Virus record (IMG/VR): IMGVR_UViG_3300011008_000012
Coordinates: 55,579 to 119,578 of that record
DNA: 64,000 bases
Source of the DNA: a virus
Taxonomy: Duplodnaviria; Caudoviricetes
Strand: one strand, 5' to 3'
The notes beneath the pieces were generated by a model that saw only the letters and a program-made list of their open reading frames with translations, had not been told where the DNA came from and made no database searches. This document shows, one piece after another, positions 30,291 to 39,010 of the stretch. How positions within the stretch are numbered: position 1 is the stretch's first letter; each line of letters starts with the position of its first letter. Position numbers and translations under genes: made by a program.

Positions 30291-31115
30291 TCACATAAAG
30301 CTTTTTACGATGGGGTTATAACTGATTTGAAGCGTACACGGCTTCGATACAGTGATTGTGTTCTGGCGAGAGGCGTATGTATTCCCGACCTTCATAAAAA
30401 TGAAGTTGAAGCTTGACGCAATATCATGAGTTGACAGGGAAGAGGTGATAATCATTGGCTCGCCCTGCATAGTGATAACCTCCCCGGAGGTGCAACCGGT
30501 AATAGTTGTCACGGTCCCCGTCATGGCGTTTGTAATGTTATACGCTCCTGAGTCACTGCATGTCAGCACCACATCCGGATACACATACCCGATGTCATCC
30601 GATGGATCGGTGAAGGTGACGTCCCCGCCAGAAGAGTCCGTTATAGTGTATGTTCTTTGCACAAGCGGCCCATACCCAAAAGGGCTGTCTGTCTCTAAAG
30701 TCAGTTCTATACCAAAAAGCTCGTCCCCTATAGTGATGCGCGAGAGATTGAACCCGGCGTTAAAATAGCACGGGTCACGATATGCGTCATTCTCGTCATC
30801 GTATAGAACCATGAATTCGCAGAACTCTGTACGATTCAGCCACCGGGCGATATCCCGATACTCGTCATCCGTAATCACCATACTGTCGTCATTATCGCAA
30901 ACATTCTTGCATATCTGAAACGTTGTTGTGATACAGGAATCGTACTGACTGCTTACAAGAGTAAAAGCCTTGCCGCGACGCTTTGCCACCGTATTGAATG
31001 TGATTTCAGCGCCAGCGCTTACTGTTTCCAGGCCAGCGCCACCGTCAAAGTGACAGATTATAAAGCCAAAGTCGCTGAGGTATTGGCCGTCATATTCAAA
31101 GTCTACCGCGTTCAA
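30291..31115 (-). CDS. distal tail protein (Dit)
   Basis: Position after the tape measure gene; FEYDG..LSDFG, WL and TDSPFGY. Confidence 0.75.
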   Translation of the reverse strand: MNAVDFEYDGQYLSDFGFIICHFDGGAGLETVSAGAEITFNTVAKRRGKAFTLVSSQYDSCITTTFQICKNVCDNDDSMVITDDEYRDIARWLNRTEFCEFMVLYDDENDAYRDPCYFNAGFNLSRITIGDELFGIELTLETDSPFGYGPLVQRTYTITDSSGGDVTFTDPSDDIGYVYPDVVLTCSDSGAYNITNAMTGTVTTITGCTSGEVITMQGEPMIITSSLSTHDIASSFNFIFMKVGNTYASRQNTITVSKPCTLQISYNPIVKSFM

Positions 31116-31163
31116 TGCTTCACCTTCTTTCGTCGTTTATTTTCTCAGCGAATTATCGCTGTG

Positions 31164-31460
31164 TTATTCATCTTTTGTATCTTGGTACGCGGCGCGTACA
31201 GCCGCGATTTGAGTTTCCATCTCTTCGCGGTATCTTTCACGGAGTTCATGAACACGTTTTAGTACCTCCTGGTACTGATCGCGAATATCGCAAAGCTCTT
31301 TCAGAAGCTGTTCATACTCCTGATGGGCATCCTCACATTGAGCCGCAGCGAGCTTGATGTCCACGTCTTTTCCTGTGATTACAGAACGAAGCTGCTCATT
31401 TTCCTCCTGAAGCGCTGCGATCTGATCTTCCAATTCTTTAATTTTCTTTTCGTAATCCAT
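31164..31460 (-). CDS. coiled-coil hypothetical protein
   Basis: GGAGG SD before ATG 31460; heptad pattern. Confidence 0.65.
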   Translation of the reverse strand: MDYEKKIKELEDQIAALQEENEQLRSVITGKDVDIKLAAAQCEDAHQEYEQLLKELCDIRDQYQEVLKRVHELRERYREEMETQIAAVRAAYQDTKDE

Positions 31461-31512
31461 TTCATTCCTCCGATATAATCGTAGGGAGGGCAAAAAGCCC
31501 TCCCGTGTAAAC

Positions 31513-34500
31513 CTATATTTTTATGCTATACTTATTAAGAGAGCGAGAATCCACCATCTTACCAAGACTCATGGACGCGATAAGCTTTTCAAACTTCGAG
31601 TCGCTTTGCATCTGACGAAGCATGTCGTTATAGTCCTGAACATGGTCGATCTCGATTGTAACGTTAATGTCTCCAATACTGGAGCTGCGATTGGCGATGT
31701 TCGGGCGATGAATACCCAGAGGCATATCCCCACGCAGCGAACCGATGAGCCCACTGGATAAAGCGGACAACACAGATGCAGCCGAAGCACTACCAGAGAT
31801 AGCGCCCTTACCGCGCAAGAGATCCAACAGGGCGGAGAAGTTTTTCGTGTCCTCTGCATCAAGGATACCCTCAGGCTTATCGGGCGAACCGTCCACCCAG
31901 GCAAGGCCGGTGTAATCTGCCATACCACCTGTCTTGTAACCTTTGAACTTCTTCCGCATTTTGCTGTAAGAATAATTGGCCGCTTTAAGGCTGTTCTTGG
32001 TCGCATACGCGGCCACAGCTTTTGCGCCCTTACCGACGATAGCCTGGATACCATTATCCGTACCGAAAACCTCTTCCAGAAGTTTCTTCCTGGTAGCACC
32101 AGAACCCCAGCCTTGACCACCGTTCCAGATCGCATAGGCGACGCCGTATTTGATCTTTTCAGTCAACTTGGGCGTGGTCGTTTTGTTTGTCTTATCGGTC
32201 TGATTCTTATCTTTGGTTGTATCTTTGCTTGAAGTCGTGGAGGTGGAAGTGGTTGACGGAGCCGACTCGGTGGACGTCAGCTGCCCGATGGTAGCAGCCG
32301 CCTCGTTGTTGCTAGCCGTAACCATCTCCTGAACATTGGCACTAATATCGTTGATAGCCTTTTCTGTCGTGGTTTCCTCGCCTGAATTGTATTCGGTTAC
32401 TGCCAGCTTGTTAAGATTCTCTGCGGCAGTCTTCCAAATAGCGCCAAGGGTACCATCCGCTGTGGATATCTTGTAGCCATCTTCTTCAGCGGCCGACTTC
32501 AGCGTGTTCCAGATACCACCGGAATTCTCGTTGACGGCGGTGATCACGTCTCTGATCAGTGCGTCTGTTTCATCCAACCGTTTGGTGAGAGTCGCCTCAT
32601 ACTCCGTATACAGATCGTCAAGCAGCTGTTTTTGATCCTTGATATACTGCTCGTACTGCGTTTCCTGAAGTTTCTCCTGCGCCTCTGCAAGACTTGTATT
32701 GAGCTTTTGCAGACGAGCCCGGTTCTCCTCTGACGTATCACCGGAGTAAGCGGAGAGCTGCTTCTGGATTTGTGCTACGTTCTTCGTTTGCTCGGCAATC
32801 TTTTTCTGATAATCATATAGGGACTTGGCAGAATCTAGACTTTCCTTATAGGTGTCTATCAGGTCTTTCAGCGAGGAGAGTTCGAGATTGATACCCTCTT
32901 CCACAAGGGAGACGATGGCGTCTTTCTCTCCCTCAGCCGCGAGAATCGACTTCTGCTGTAAGTCGATCAGCTCTTCGCGGCGCTCAATCAGGTCCGTATT
33001 ATTCGGGTCTTTTGCTATCTGCTTTGTGAGTTTTGCAATCTGCGTGGCGTAATCGTCCGCCTGCCGCATATACACGTCGTAGTTTGTGCTGTGCAAGCCC
33101 ATAGTAGCCATACCAGCGTCTGTGAGCTGTCCATTTTCTGTAAACAGCTTGGAGTGGCTGAGCAGGTCAACCATGAAGCTAGCCTCAGAGGAAATGCGGG
33201 AGATACGCTCTTCCAGATAGTCGAAGTGGCTCCAGTCGTTCTCGCGAGCTTGCTTGTTGAACTCCGCCATATTTGTCTCGGCTTGCTGAATTGACTCGGC
33301 AACGGCATTGATATTCTGTTGCATAGCGTACCAAGCTTCAGAGTACTTCTTGATCTCACCGCTTGCCACCGCCGCGTCTCTCGCCGCCGTCAGCTGCTGG
33401 AACTCTTGGTTGAGCACGTTGAGATTCTTTTTCTCCTGCTTCGCCATCTTCGTATAGTATTTCGACGAGACGAGTCTGCCGCGTGCCTCCGCATTGTCGA
33501 TAGCGCCGTCAAGAGTGTTGGTCACATGCTCAAAAAGACTAAGACGATCCTCAAAATTGGTTTGAATATTATTGAAGTTATCCTGATACAATGAGCCAAG
33601 CTTCTCGTGCAGATCGACAGCGGCATCCGAGCACTCTTTGCTCTTCTCATACCACTGCTGATACTCCTGAATAAGTTCTGCGGTTGCATCATCGTACTCA
33701 TTGATATCAATTGTTCCTTCACGAACACGCTTCTTCAGGTCGTCTGATAGCCCAACAGACTCCGCCTGCTTCATATAACGAGCGGCGGCCTTCTCGTTCA
33801 GGGCGAGCATGTTGTTGACTTCGCCGATTTCTTTGTTTGTGTTCTTCAGTCGCGTAGAGAGAGTTTGGAAGGAACTACTCGCCTTTGTCGCCAGCTTTGA
33901 GATCTTCTTATCCAACCGATCGATAGCGATCTCGATCCAGTCAATGACCTCCTTGGCGTCGTCGGCCGCCTTGGTGCTGCTATTGCCGCCGCTGGTAGTG
34001 GCGGCCCCGCTGTTGCCGGAATAACTTGATGTGTAGCTGCCGAGATTGGCGCTGGAGGTCAAGGCGGGCAGAGTCGCCTGGCTTGTAGTGGGCGTTGATC
34101 TGCCGCCGGAGTCCGTCATCAGCGTATTGACGGTGCCAATCGGGTATGCTCGTCCATGTCCGGCATGACCCGTCCGGAGAAGACCTTCCGTTTGCGCGTG
34201 GTTGAAAATAATATCGCCCTTGTCAATGCCGATGAACTCAGCTCCATTATTACCTACTGTGCGCCATTCGCCGCTTGAAGCATCGACGTATAGTTCTCTG
34301 CCTTTTTCGCCTACCAGAACACGGCCGCCTTGTTTTGCCCCCATCGTGCCGGAGGCCATGGCGTTGCCATTGACTTGCGCTTCACGATGTACTGTGTTAA
34401 TATAGGTTGTGACCTGCCTGTTTTCGAGAGCATTTAAGCGGCTATTTAATACGTCGAGCTGCCCCATGCCGGAAACATTAACATCGACGTCTACTTTCTT

Positions 34501-36984
34501 CCCTTCGGTCTCTTCGATGTTTTGTTGCAGTGCGTCGGTGGCTTCGTTGGCCTCTTCTGTACTGACTTGCATATCAGTCTGGAGATCATCCGGAACAACT
34601 TCTGCCCAATTAATGTCAGCGACCTGACCATACTCCTTGATCATCGCCGCAAGCTCTTCACGGCTCATATGCATAACCTGGGCGAAGGCATCAAATGCGT
34701 CGTTGTCGGCTATCGACAGGGTCACCTCATCGCCAACACGGTCAATTTCTACGCCGACCTCAGAAAGCTCATCCTTGAGGGCTACGGCGCTATCGATCCA
34801 ATTCGATAACCCCTTTGTGCCATACCGGTCATCTGTCGCTCCGTCATACCATGCCTCACGTTCGGCGATCAGTGCCTCCAGCTGTCTGGCGGCACTCTCC
34901 AAGCCTTGTGAGAAGTCTATGAACTGCGTAAGCCCCATCTTCTCAGCGATATCCCACGTTTTGGCTTCGGAGCCGATAATCCCCTTACCGAGGAGTTCTT
35001 CCATTTCCTCAACTGCTTCGGCGTAGGTGATGTATTCGTTATTGGTATCGGCGCTCAGAGATTTCTTTAGCTCGTCGGCGGCCTCTTCTACGCCACGCAT
35101 AGAGTCGGCAAGCATACCATAGTGTTCTGCAAGCTCGTCAACCGGGTCGACGGGTAGGTTACGGGCGGCATTGATGACACTCTTCAACGCGGTCGTCTGC
35201 TCGTCGGTCAGGTCGGCTGTTTTAGCAAAATCTTCCAAAGACCTGATGAAGTCATCCGGCGATTCACGCAATAGCTTCTTTAAGCCTTCTTCAAGATTTC
35301 CGAAGCCTTCTGCTTCCGCGTCAATATATTCCAGAAGCTCAGGGAACTGCTGAACTAGCTCAAAGACACCCTCCGGCGTTATGTCGCCATTTCGCAGATC
35401 AACCAAAGCGGTAGTCAATGTATCGATGTCCGAGGTAAGGGTGCCAAGCCCTTCAAGTGTTTCTGAGAGCCTAAGGTTGTCATACTCATGCCGAATGGCT
35501 GCGACGCTTTCTGCGACGCCCATATTGGCAAAATCGAGGTTTGATGCTGCCTCTGCGACGAGATCGAGTTCGTCGTCGCCTATCTCTCTGATCCACGACA
35601 AAAGCTCGACTCCGAACTGCTCCTTTAAGGTCGCAAGCGCTTCAGACCCGTATCTGCCAGCTGTTTTGGCCGCGCCATTAGAACCGGCAAATATGTCCCA
35701 AATATCGTCCAGCGCGTCCGTGAGCTCTTCGGATAACCCAACGAATTTATTTAGTTCTTTTTCCGCAGGCTTGGCCTCGTCGGCAAGAGCCTTAAACCCG
35801 TCCGCGATTTGTCCTATAGTCCATCCGGCAAAACTAAAGCCGTTTCCAGAGAAAAGATCGTAAAGCTGTTTAACGTCTTCGGGAGACATATCGCTGACAA
35901 ACTCGTCCCATGCGGTGCGCCACTCGTCAAGCGCCTTTGCCGTCTGACGCTCGGTCATCCCCTCGGTATCGATACCGCCGAGGACGCTTTCCCACATCTG
36001 CCGTATAGCCTCATCGACGTTGATTATACCGATGTTGCTATTGATCGTATTGGCAACAGCTTCCGCAAAGTCCTCGCCGGTCTCCATGCCGGCTTCAACA
36101 GCGGCCAGCTTCAGAACACTTTCGGGAAATAGTTCAGATACATCTTCGGCGCTGATACCGTTGTTCCCGGTTGCCTTCTCTTTGAGCGCATCGATAAACG
36201 GCTGATTCATTGACCCAGATATGAAGTCGTCGACAGCCTTCTGGGCATCACGAGCAACCTCTTCTTCGGTCTTGGTGTAATCGATAATCTCTTTAATCTG
36301 GTCAAGCCAATCTGCGTTGGCCTCTGGAGCCAAAGAGAGAGTTGAGTAGATGCTGAGCAGCGTATCAAGATCCTCAGCAAGAAGCTCGCGATACTCATCG
36401 GCACCATCGTTGACCATCTCCTGCTCGAACTGGATCTTTTCCAACAGATTCATATTCCGCAGGACCGACGTTCCTTCGCCTCGTGCAAGGCTATAATCTA
36501 TCCCAACATCAACAACTTGAGTTTTTGACAATAGTTTTCGCGCGTCGTCTATTGCCTCTTGTTGTTCAAGAGCTGCTATCTGTCGTTTTAGCTCTAACTG
36601 TGATTCAAGGTCTGAGTTCGCCGTTTCAAGCCGACTAAGTTCCTCTTGCTCAACGAGTGTGAGTCCGCCCTTGGCATTCAACTCGTCGATTCGCGTCTGT
36701 GTGGTGTTTAACTCAGAATTTAGACTCTCTATATCAGACTGTGCACTGTCATAAGCAGCCCTGGATTTCTCCGCTGCTTTCTTGGCCTCATTAAAGGATA
36801 CTATAAGCGCATCAACAATTTTTACAACGCCTACTATCAGGGATGCTGCGGCGACAAAGCCAAATATTCCCGTCGATAGCGCACCCATTCCTTCTGCTGC
36901 GAGGTTAGCCGCTGTGGCAAGATCTTTAATGGATGTAACTCCAGTTGCAAGCCCACTTGTTGTAAATAGAGCGCTTAATGTTTG
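31513..36984 (-). CDS. tape measure protein, exon 2
   Basis: More than 1800 helical codons with LVGEKGRE...GAEF and YKTGG...AWVDG motifs. No SD at its TTG; in phase with exon 1. The 5' boundary is inferred. Confidence 0.85.
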   Translation of the reverse strand, partial: QTLSALFTTSGLATGVTSIKDLATAANLAAEGMGALSTGIFGFVAAASLIVGVVKIVDALIVSFNEAKKAAEKSRAAYDSAQSDIESLNSELNTTQTRIDELNAKGGLTLVEQEELSRLETANSDLESQLELKRQIAALEQQEAIDDARKLLSKTQVVDVGIDYSLARGEGTSVLRNMNLLEKIQFEQEMVNDGADEYRELLAEDLDTLLSIYSTLSLAPEANADWLDQIKEIIDYTKTEEEVARDAQKAVDDFISGSMNQPFIDALKEKATGNNGISAEDVSELFPESVLKLAAVEAGMETGEDFAEAVANTINSNIGIINVDEAIRQMWESVLGGIDTEGMTERQTAKALDEWRTAWDEFVSDMSPEDVKQLYDLFSGNGFSFAGWTIGQIADGFKALADEAKPAEKELNKFVGLSEELTDALDDIWDIFAGSNGAAKTAGRYGSEALATLKEQFGVELLSWIREIGDDELDLVAEAASNLDFANMGVAESVAAIRHEYDNLRLSETLEGLGTLTSDIDTLTTALVDLRNGDITPEGVFELVQQFPELLEYIDAEAEGFGNLEEGLKKLLRESPDDFIRSLEDFAKTADLTDEQTTALKSVINAARNLPVDPVDELAEHYGMLADSMRGVEEAADELKKSLSADTNNEYITYAEAVEEMEELLGKGIIGSEAKTWDIAEKMGLTQFIDFSQGLESAARQLEALIAEREAWYDGATDDRYGTKGLSNWIDSAVALKDELSEVGVEIDRVGDEVTLSIADNDAFDAFAQVMHMSREELAAMIKEYGQVADINWAEVVPDDLQTDMQVSTEEANEATDALQQNIEETEGKKVDVDVNVSGMGQLDVLNSRLNALENRQVTTYINTVHREAQVNGNAMASGTMGAKQGGRVLVGEKGRELYVDASSGEWRTVGNNGAEFIGIDKGDIIFNHAQTEGLLRTGHAGHGRAYPIGTVNTLMTDSGGRSTPTTSQATLPALTSSANLGSYTSSYSGNSGAATTSGGNSSTKAADDAKEVIDWIEIAIDRLDKKISKLATKASSSFQTLSTRLKNTNKEIGEVNNMLALNEKAAARYMKQAESVGLSDDLKKRVREGTIDINEYDDATAELIQEYQQWYEKSKECSDAAVDLHEKLGSLYQDNFNNIQTNFEDRLSLFEHVTNTLDGAIDNAEARGRLVSSKYYTKMAKQEKKNLNVLNQEFQQLTAARDAAVASGEIKKYSEAWYAMQQNINAVAESIQQAETNMAEFNKQARENDWSHFDYLEERISRISSEASFMVDLLSHSKLFTENGQLTDAGMATMGLHSTNYDVYMRQADDYATQIAKLTKQIAKDPNNTDLIERREELIDLQQKSILAAEGEKDAIVSLVEEGINLELSSLKDLIDTYKESLDSAKSLYDYQKKIAEQTKNVAQIQKQLSAYSGDTSEENRARLQKLNTSLAEAQEKLQETQYEQYIKDQKQLLDDLYTEYEATLTKRLDETDALIRDVITAVNENSGGIWNTLKSAAEEDGYKISTADGTLGAIWKTAAENLNKLAVTEYNSGEETTTEKAINDISANVQEMVTASNNEAAATIGQLTSTESAPSTTSTSTTSSKDTTKDKNQTDKTNKTTTPKLTEKIKYGVAYAIWNGGQGWGSGATRKKLLEEVFGTDNGIQAIVGKGAKAVAAYATKNSLKAANYSYSKMRKKFKGYKTGGMADYTGLAWVDGSPDKPEGILDAEDTKNFSALLDLLRGKGAISGSASAASVLSALSSGLIGSLRGDMPLGIHRPNIANRSSSIGDINVTIEIDHVQDYNDMLRQMQSDSKFEKLIASMSLGKMVDSRSLNKYSIKI

Positions 36985-37048
36985 CTTGAGTATCAAATAA
37001 TTTGTCGATATATATTTATGGATACATATCAATTTGGAGGGTGATTAT

Positions 37049-37615
37049 ATGGACCAAATTACAGACCAACTTCTTAAAATCAAGTCGCTTTGGGATAATG
37101 GCGTGTTATCTGAAAGTGAATTCAACGAGTTGAAACAAAGGATTATTTCAGAAGATTACCATTCGACAGACAATGAATCTGAAACAAAGGAAAAATTGTA
37201 TACAGTTAGCCTTGTAGCGTATACAAGGGAACAAAAAATTCCGACAATTCAAACAATCCGCGAACTAACCGGATTGGGATTGGCCGATGCAAAAGATCTG
37301 ATCGAAACCTTGCCGCACGTTATTCGCGATAATGTACCAATGTCTGAATGTATTGATATCAAAAACAGTTTTGCGACCAATAAAGCAGTGGTTGTTATAG
37401 AAGAATCCCGGGTCACGTCAGAATCACATCCAACGGGAGCATATTTCGGCAATACAGTTCTTAGTGAAAATCCATCTTGCCCCTACTGCCACTCACCCGA
37501 CGTAAAGAAAATCACCATGACTAAGAAGCTCGCTAAAGGTTGGGTGTTCGGTCTGGCCGCTGCGTCAACGCTCACGAAGGAATGGCATTGTAATAACTGT
37601 AAAAGCGATTTTTAA
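37049..37615 (+). CDS. SHOCT + ribosomal L7/L12 C-terminal-like + zinc-ribbon protein (cargo, antisense to the tape measure gene)
   Basis: LLKIKSLWDNGVLSESEFNELKQRII; KIPTIQTIRELTGLGLADAKDLIE; CPYC...CNNC. GGAGG SD. Confidence 0.8.
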   Translation: MDQITDQLLKIKSLWDNGVLSESEFNELKQRIISEDYHSTDNESETKEKLYTVSLVAYTREQKIPTIQTIRELTGLGLADAKDLIETLPHVIRDNVPMSECIDIKNSFATNKAVVVIEESRVTSESHPTGAYFGNTVLSENPSCPYCHSPDVKKITMTKKLAKGWVFGLAAASTLTKEWHCNNCKSDF

Positions 37616-37685
37616 TTCTTATTATAGGAGATACTACGAATCATGAATAATAAGAAATGTATTATTGTTACTTCGCGGACCGGTT

Positions 37686-37940
37686 CTAAAACTCTTTGTG
37701 GGCATTGTTCTCATTGTCAGGAATTCGTTGAGCTAACGGACATTGATAACATACCGAAAGAGCTCTTTGTATAAGTCCCGGGATATCGGCCTTTGGGTCG
37801 ATAGTATGGTCGTCGTCATAATAGAACCTAAACGCCTTGTGAACTCTATCGCAGTAAAATTGCATCTGAGTATACCCGTAATAATCGCCGCCTCCCCAAT
37901 GGGTGATTTCCGGCGTAGCGAATTTTTCATAACAATTCAT
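37686..37940 (-). CDS. hypothetical protein (cargo)
   Basis: 84 aa; GAAAGGA SD. Confidence 0.55.
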   Translation of the reverse strand: MNCYEKFATPEITHWGGGDYYGYTQMQFYCDRVHKAFRFYYDDDHTIDPKADIPGLIQRALSVCYQCPLAQRIPDNENNAHKEF

Positions 37941-38203
37941 AAAACCATCCTTTCATTCGTATACCCGCTCAGGTATTAAACGTGAATTATTGAACGTTAG
38001 TATACCGGAACGGGTATAATATGTATTATATTGTTTTTATCCCATCCATAAAACCAGTCAAGGGATTGTGACCGCATTGTTATTCAAACTCTATACTGCT
38101 TCTGAAATTGGACTTTCATGCCGGTCTCTCACCGGCGAGCATAGAACCGATACAGTCTAACAAAGAAAGCTATATCGGCAATTCCGACTGTCTCTCACAC
38201 TAT

Positions 38204-38232
38204 TTGACACATAATATGTATGGTGGTATTAT
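38204..38232 (+). promoter_or_regulatory. sigma70/sigmaA promoter for micropeptide A
   Basis: TTGACA-17 bp-TATTAT with an extended TG. Confidence 0.8.
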
Positions 38233-38312
38233 GACCTTGCGCATTTGACTCTCTGTCGGCTTAGTACGTTTGACAACGGGACGGAACCGCCGTCCAGAGA
38301 GGAGTGATTAGC

Positions 38313-38405
38313 GTGAAGAAGGTCATCAAGACCACGGTTAAGGTTGAAACGAAAGTGAAAACCAAAGCCGTCTCAAGGGCGCAAGTCCGAGTTCGACGCG
38401 GTTGA
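38313..38405 (+). CDS. basic micropeptide A (MKKVIKTTVKVETKVKTKAVSRAQVRVRRG)
   Basis: AGGAGTG SD and GTG start; own promoter upstream and terminator at 38415-38447. Confidence 0.7.
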   Translation: MKKVIKTTVKVETKVKTKAVSRAQVRVRRG

Positions 38406-38544
38406 TCCGTGCGCCGGGACGTGTATTGGCGCGTCCCGTTATTTTTTATGTGTAAATAGTGAACCTCCTTACAGTCTGTGAGCCTTCCCGTTCATCACAA
38501 ATTCCAACGTGATGCAGTCCCCAGACGAAAAAGATTTGTATGTC

Positions 38545-38573
38545 TTGAAATAAAACTACGTCTGCTGTATTAT
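38545..38573 (+). promoter_or_regulatory. sigma70/sigmaA promoter for micropeptide B
   Basis: TTGAAA-17 bp-TATTAT. Confidence 0.72.
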
Positions 38574-38651
38574 TATTAACAGGCGCAACGAAATCCGGCG
38601 AAGAGAGATGTTGACGGCTTGACTCTCTAAGTCAGGAAAGTAGGTGATATA

Positions 38652-38729
38652 ATGGCGCAGATCAAAGTGAAAACCGAGATCAAGGTGAAAATCCGCACCA
38701 CGGTGCGGGTTGCCACCCGCTGCCGTTGA
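38652..38729 (+). CDS. basic micropeptide B (MAQIKVKTEIKVKIRTTVRVATRCR)
   Basis: AGGTGA SD and ATG start; terminator GGGAGTCAG/CTGGCTCCC + T-rich tract at 38740-38774. Confidence 0.7.
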   Translation: MAQIKVKTEIKVKIRTTVRVATRCR

Positions 38730-39010
38730 TCGGCGCTTAGGGAGTCAGTCACCGCTGGCTCCCGTCTTTATTTCATATACAAAATTTTTCGATAGGGGAG
38801 AGGGGCTTGGTTGCGTGATTGCCCATTGTATACGACCAGTAGCGTTATTGTTTAGCCTAGGCCAACCATCCACTTCTTTCCGCCTTTCGGCTCCTCTCGC
38901 GCTTGTCCGTTAGGGCTACGCTGTGGCAAGATGGTATTAGGGGTTCCCCGCAGTTTGAAGGTTTACGCAACGATGGGTTCACACCCATCGTGGGCAAATT
39001 CATTTGAACT

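Larger units (their letters stand above)
36985..39010 (-). mobile_element. group I intron in the tape measure gene, with cargo loops; 3' end at G38102 or G36985
   Basis: P1 with a U.G pair after GGT (39011); P2 with a GUGA loop; P3 AACCUUC/GGAGGUU; P AAACUGCGGGGAA (38944-56); Q GGGCAAUCACGCAACCAAG (38806-24); R CUCACAGACUGU (38471-82); S GAGAGACAGUCG (38185-96); P8 and P9 hairpins. Confidence 0.9.

Noticed and set aside
36985-37032. Independent TTG start for the 1839-aa ORF
   Set aside because: No SD is present, the first 16 codons are AT-rich and take part in the long-range stems, and the ORF is better explained as exon 2.
37034-37940. Cargo ORFs as homing endonuclease or IStron transposase
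   Set aside because: No HNH, GIY-YIG, LAGLIDADG, TnpA or TnpB motifs are visible.
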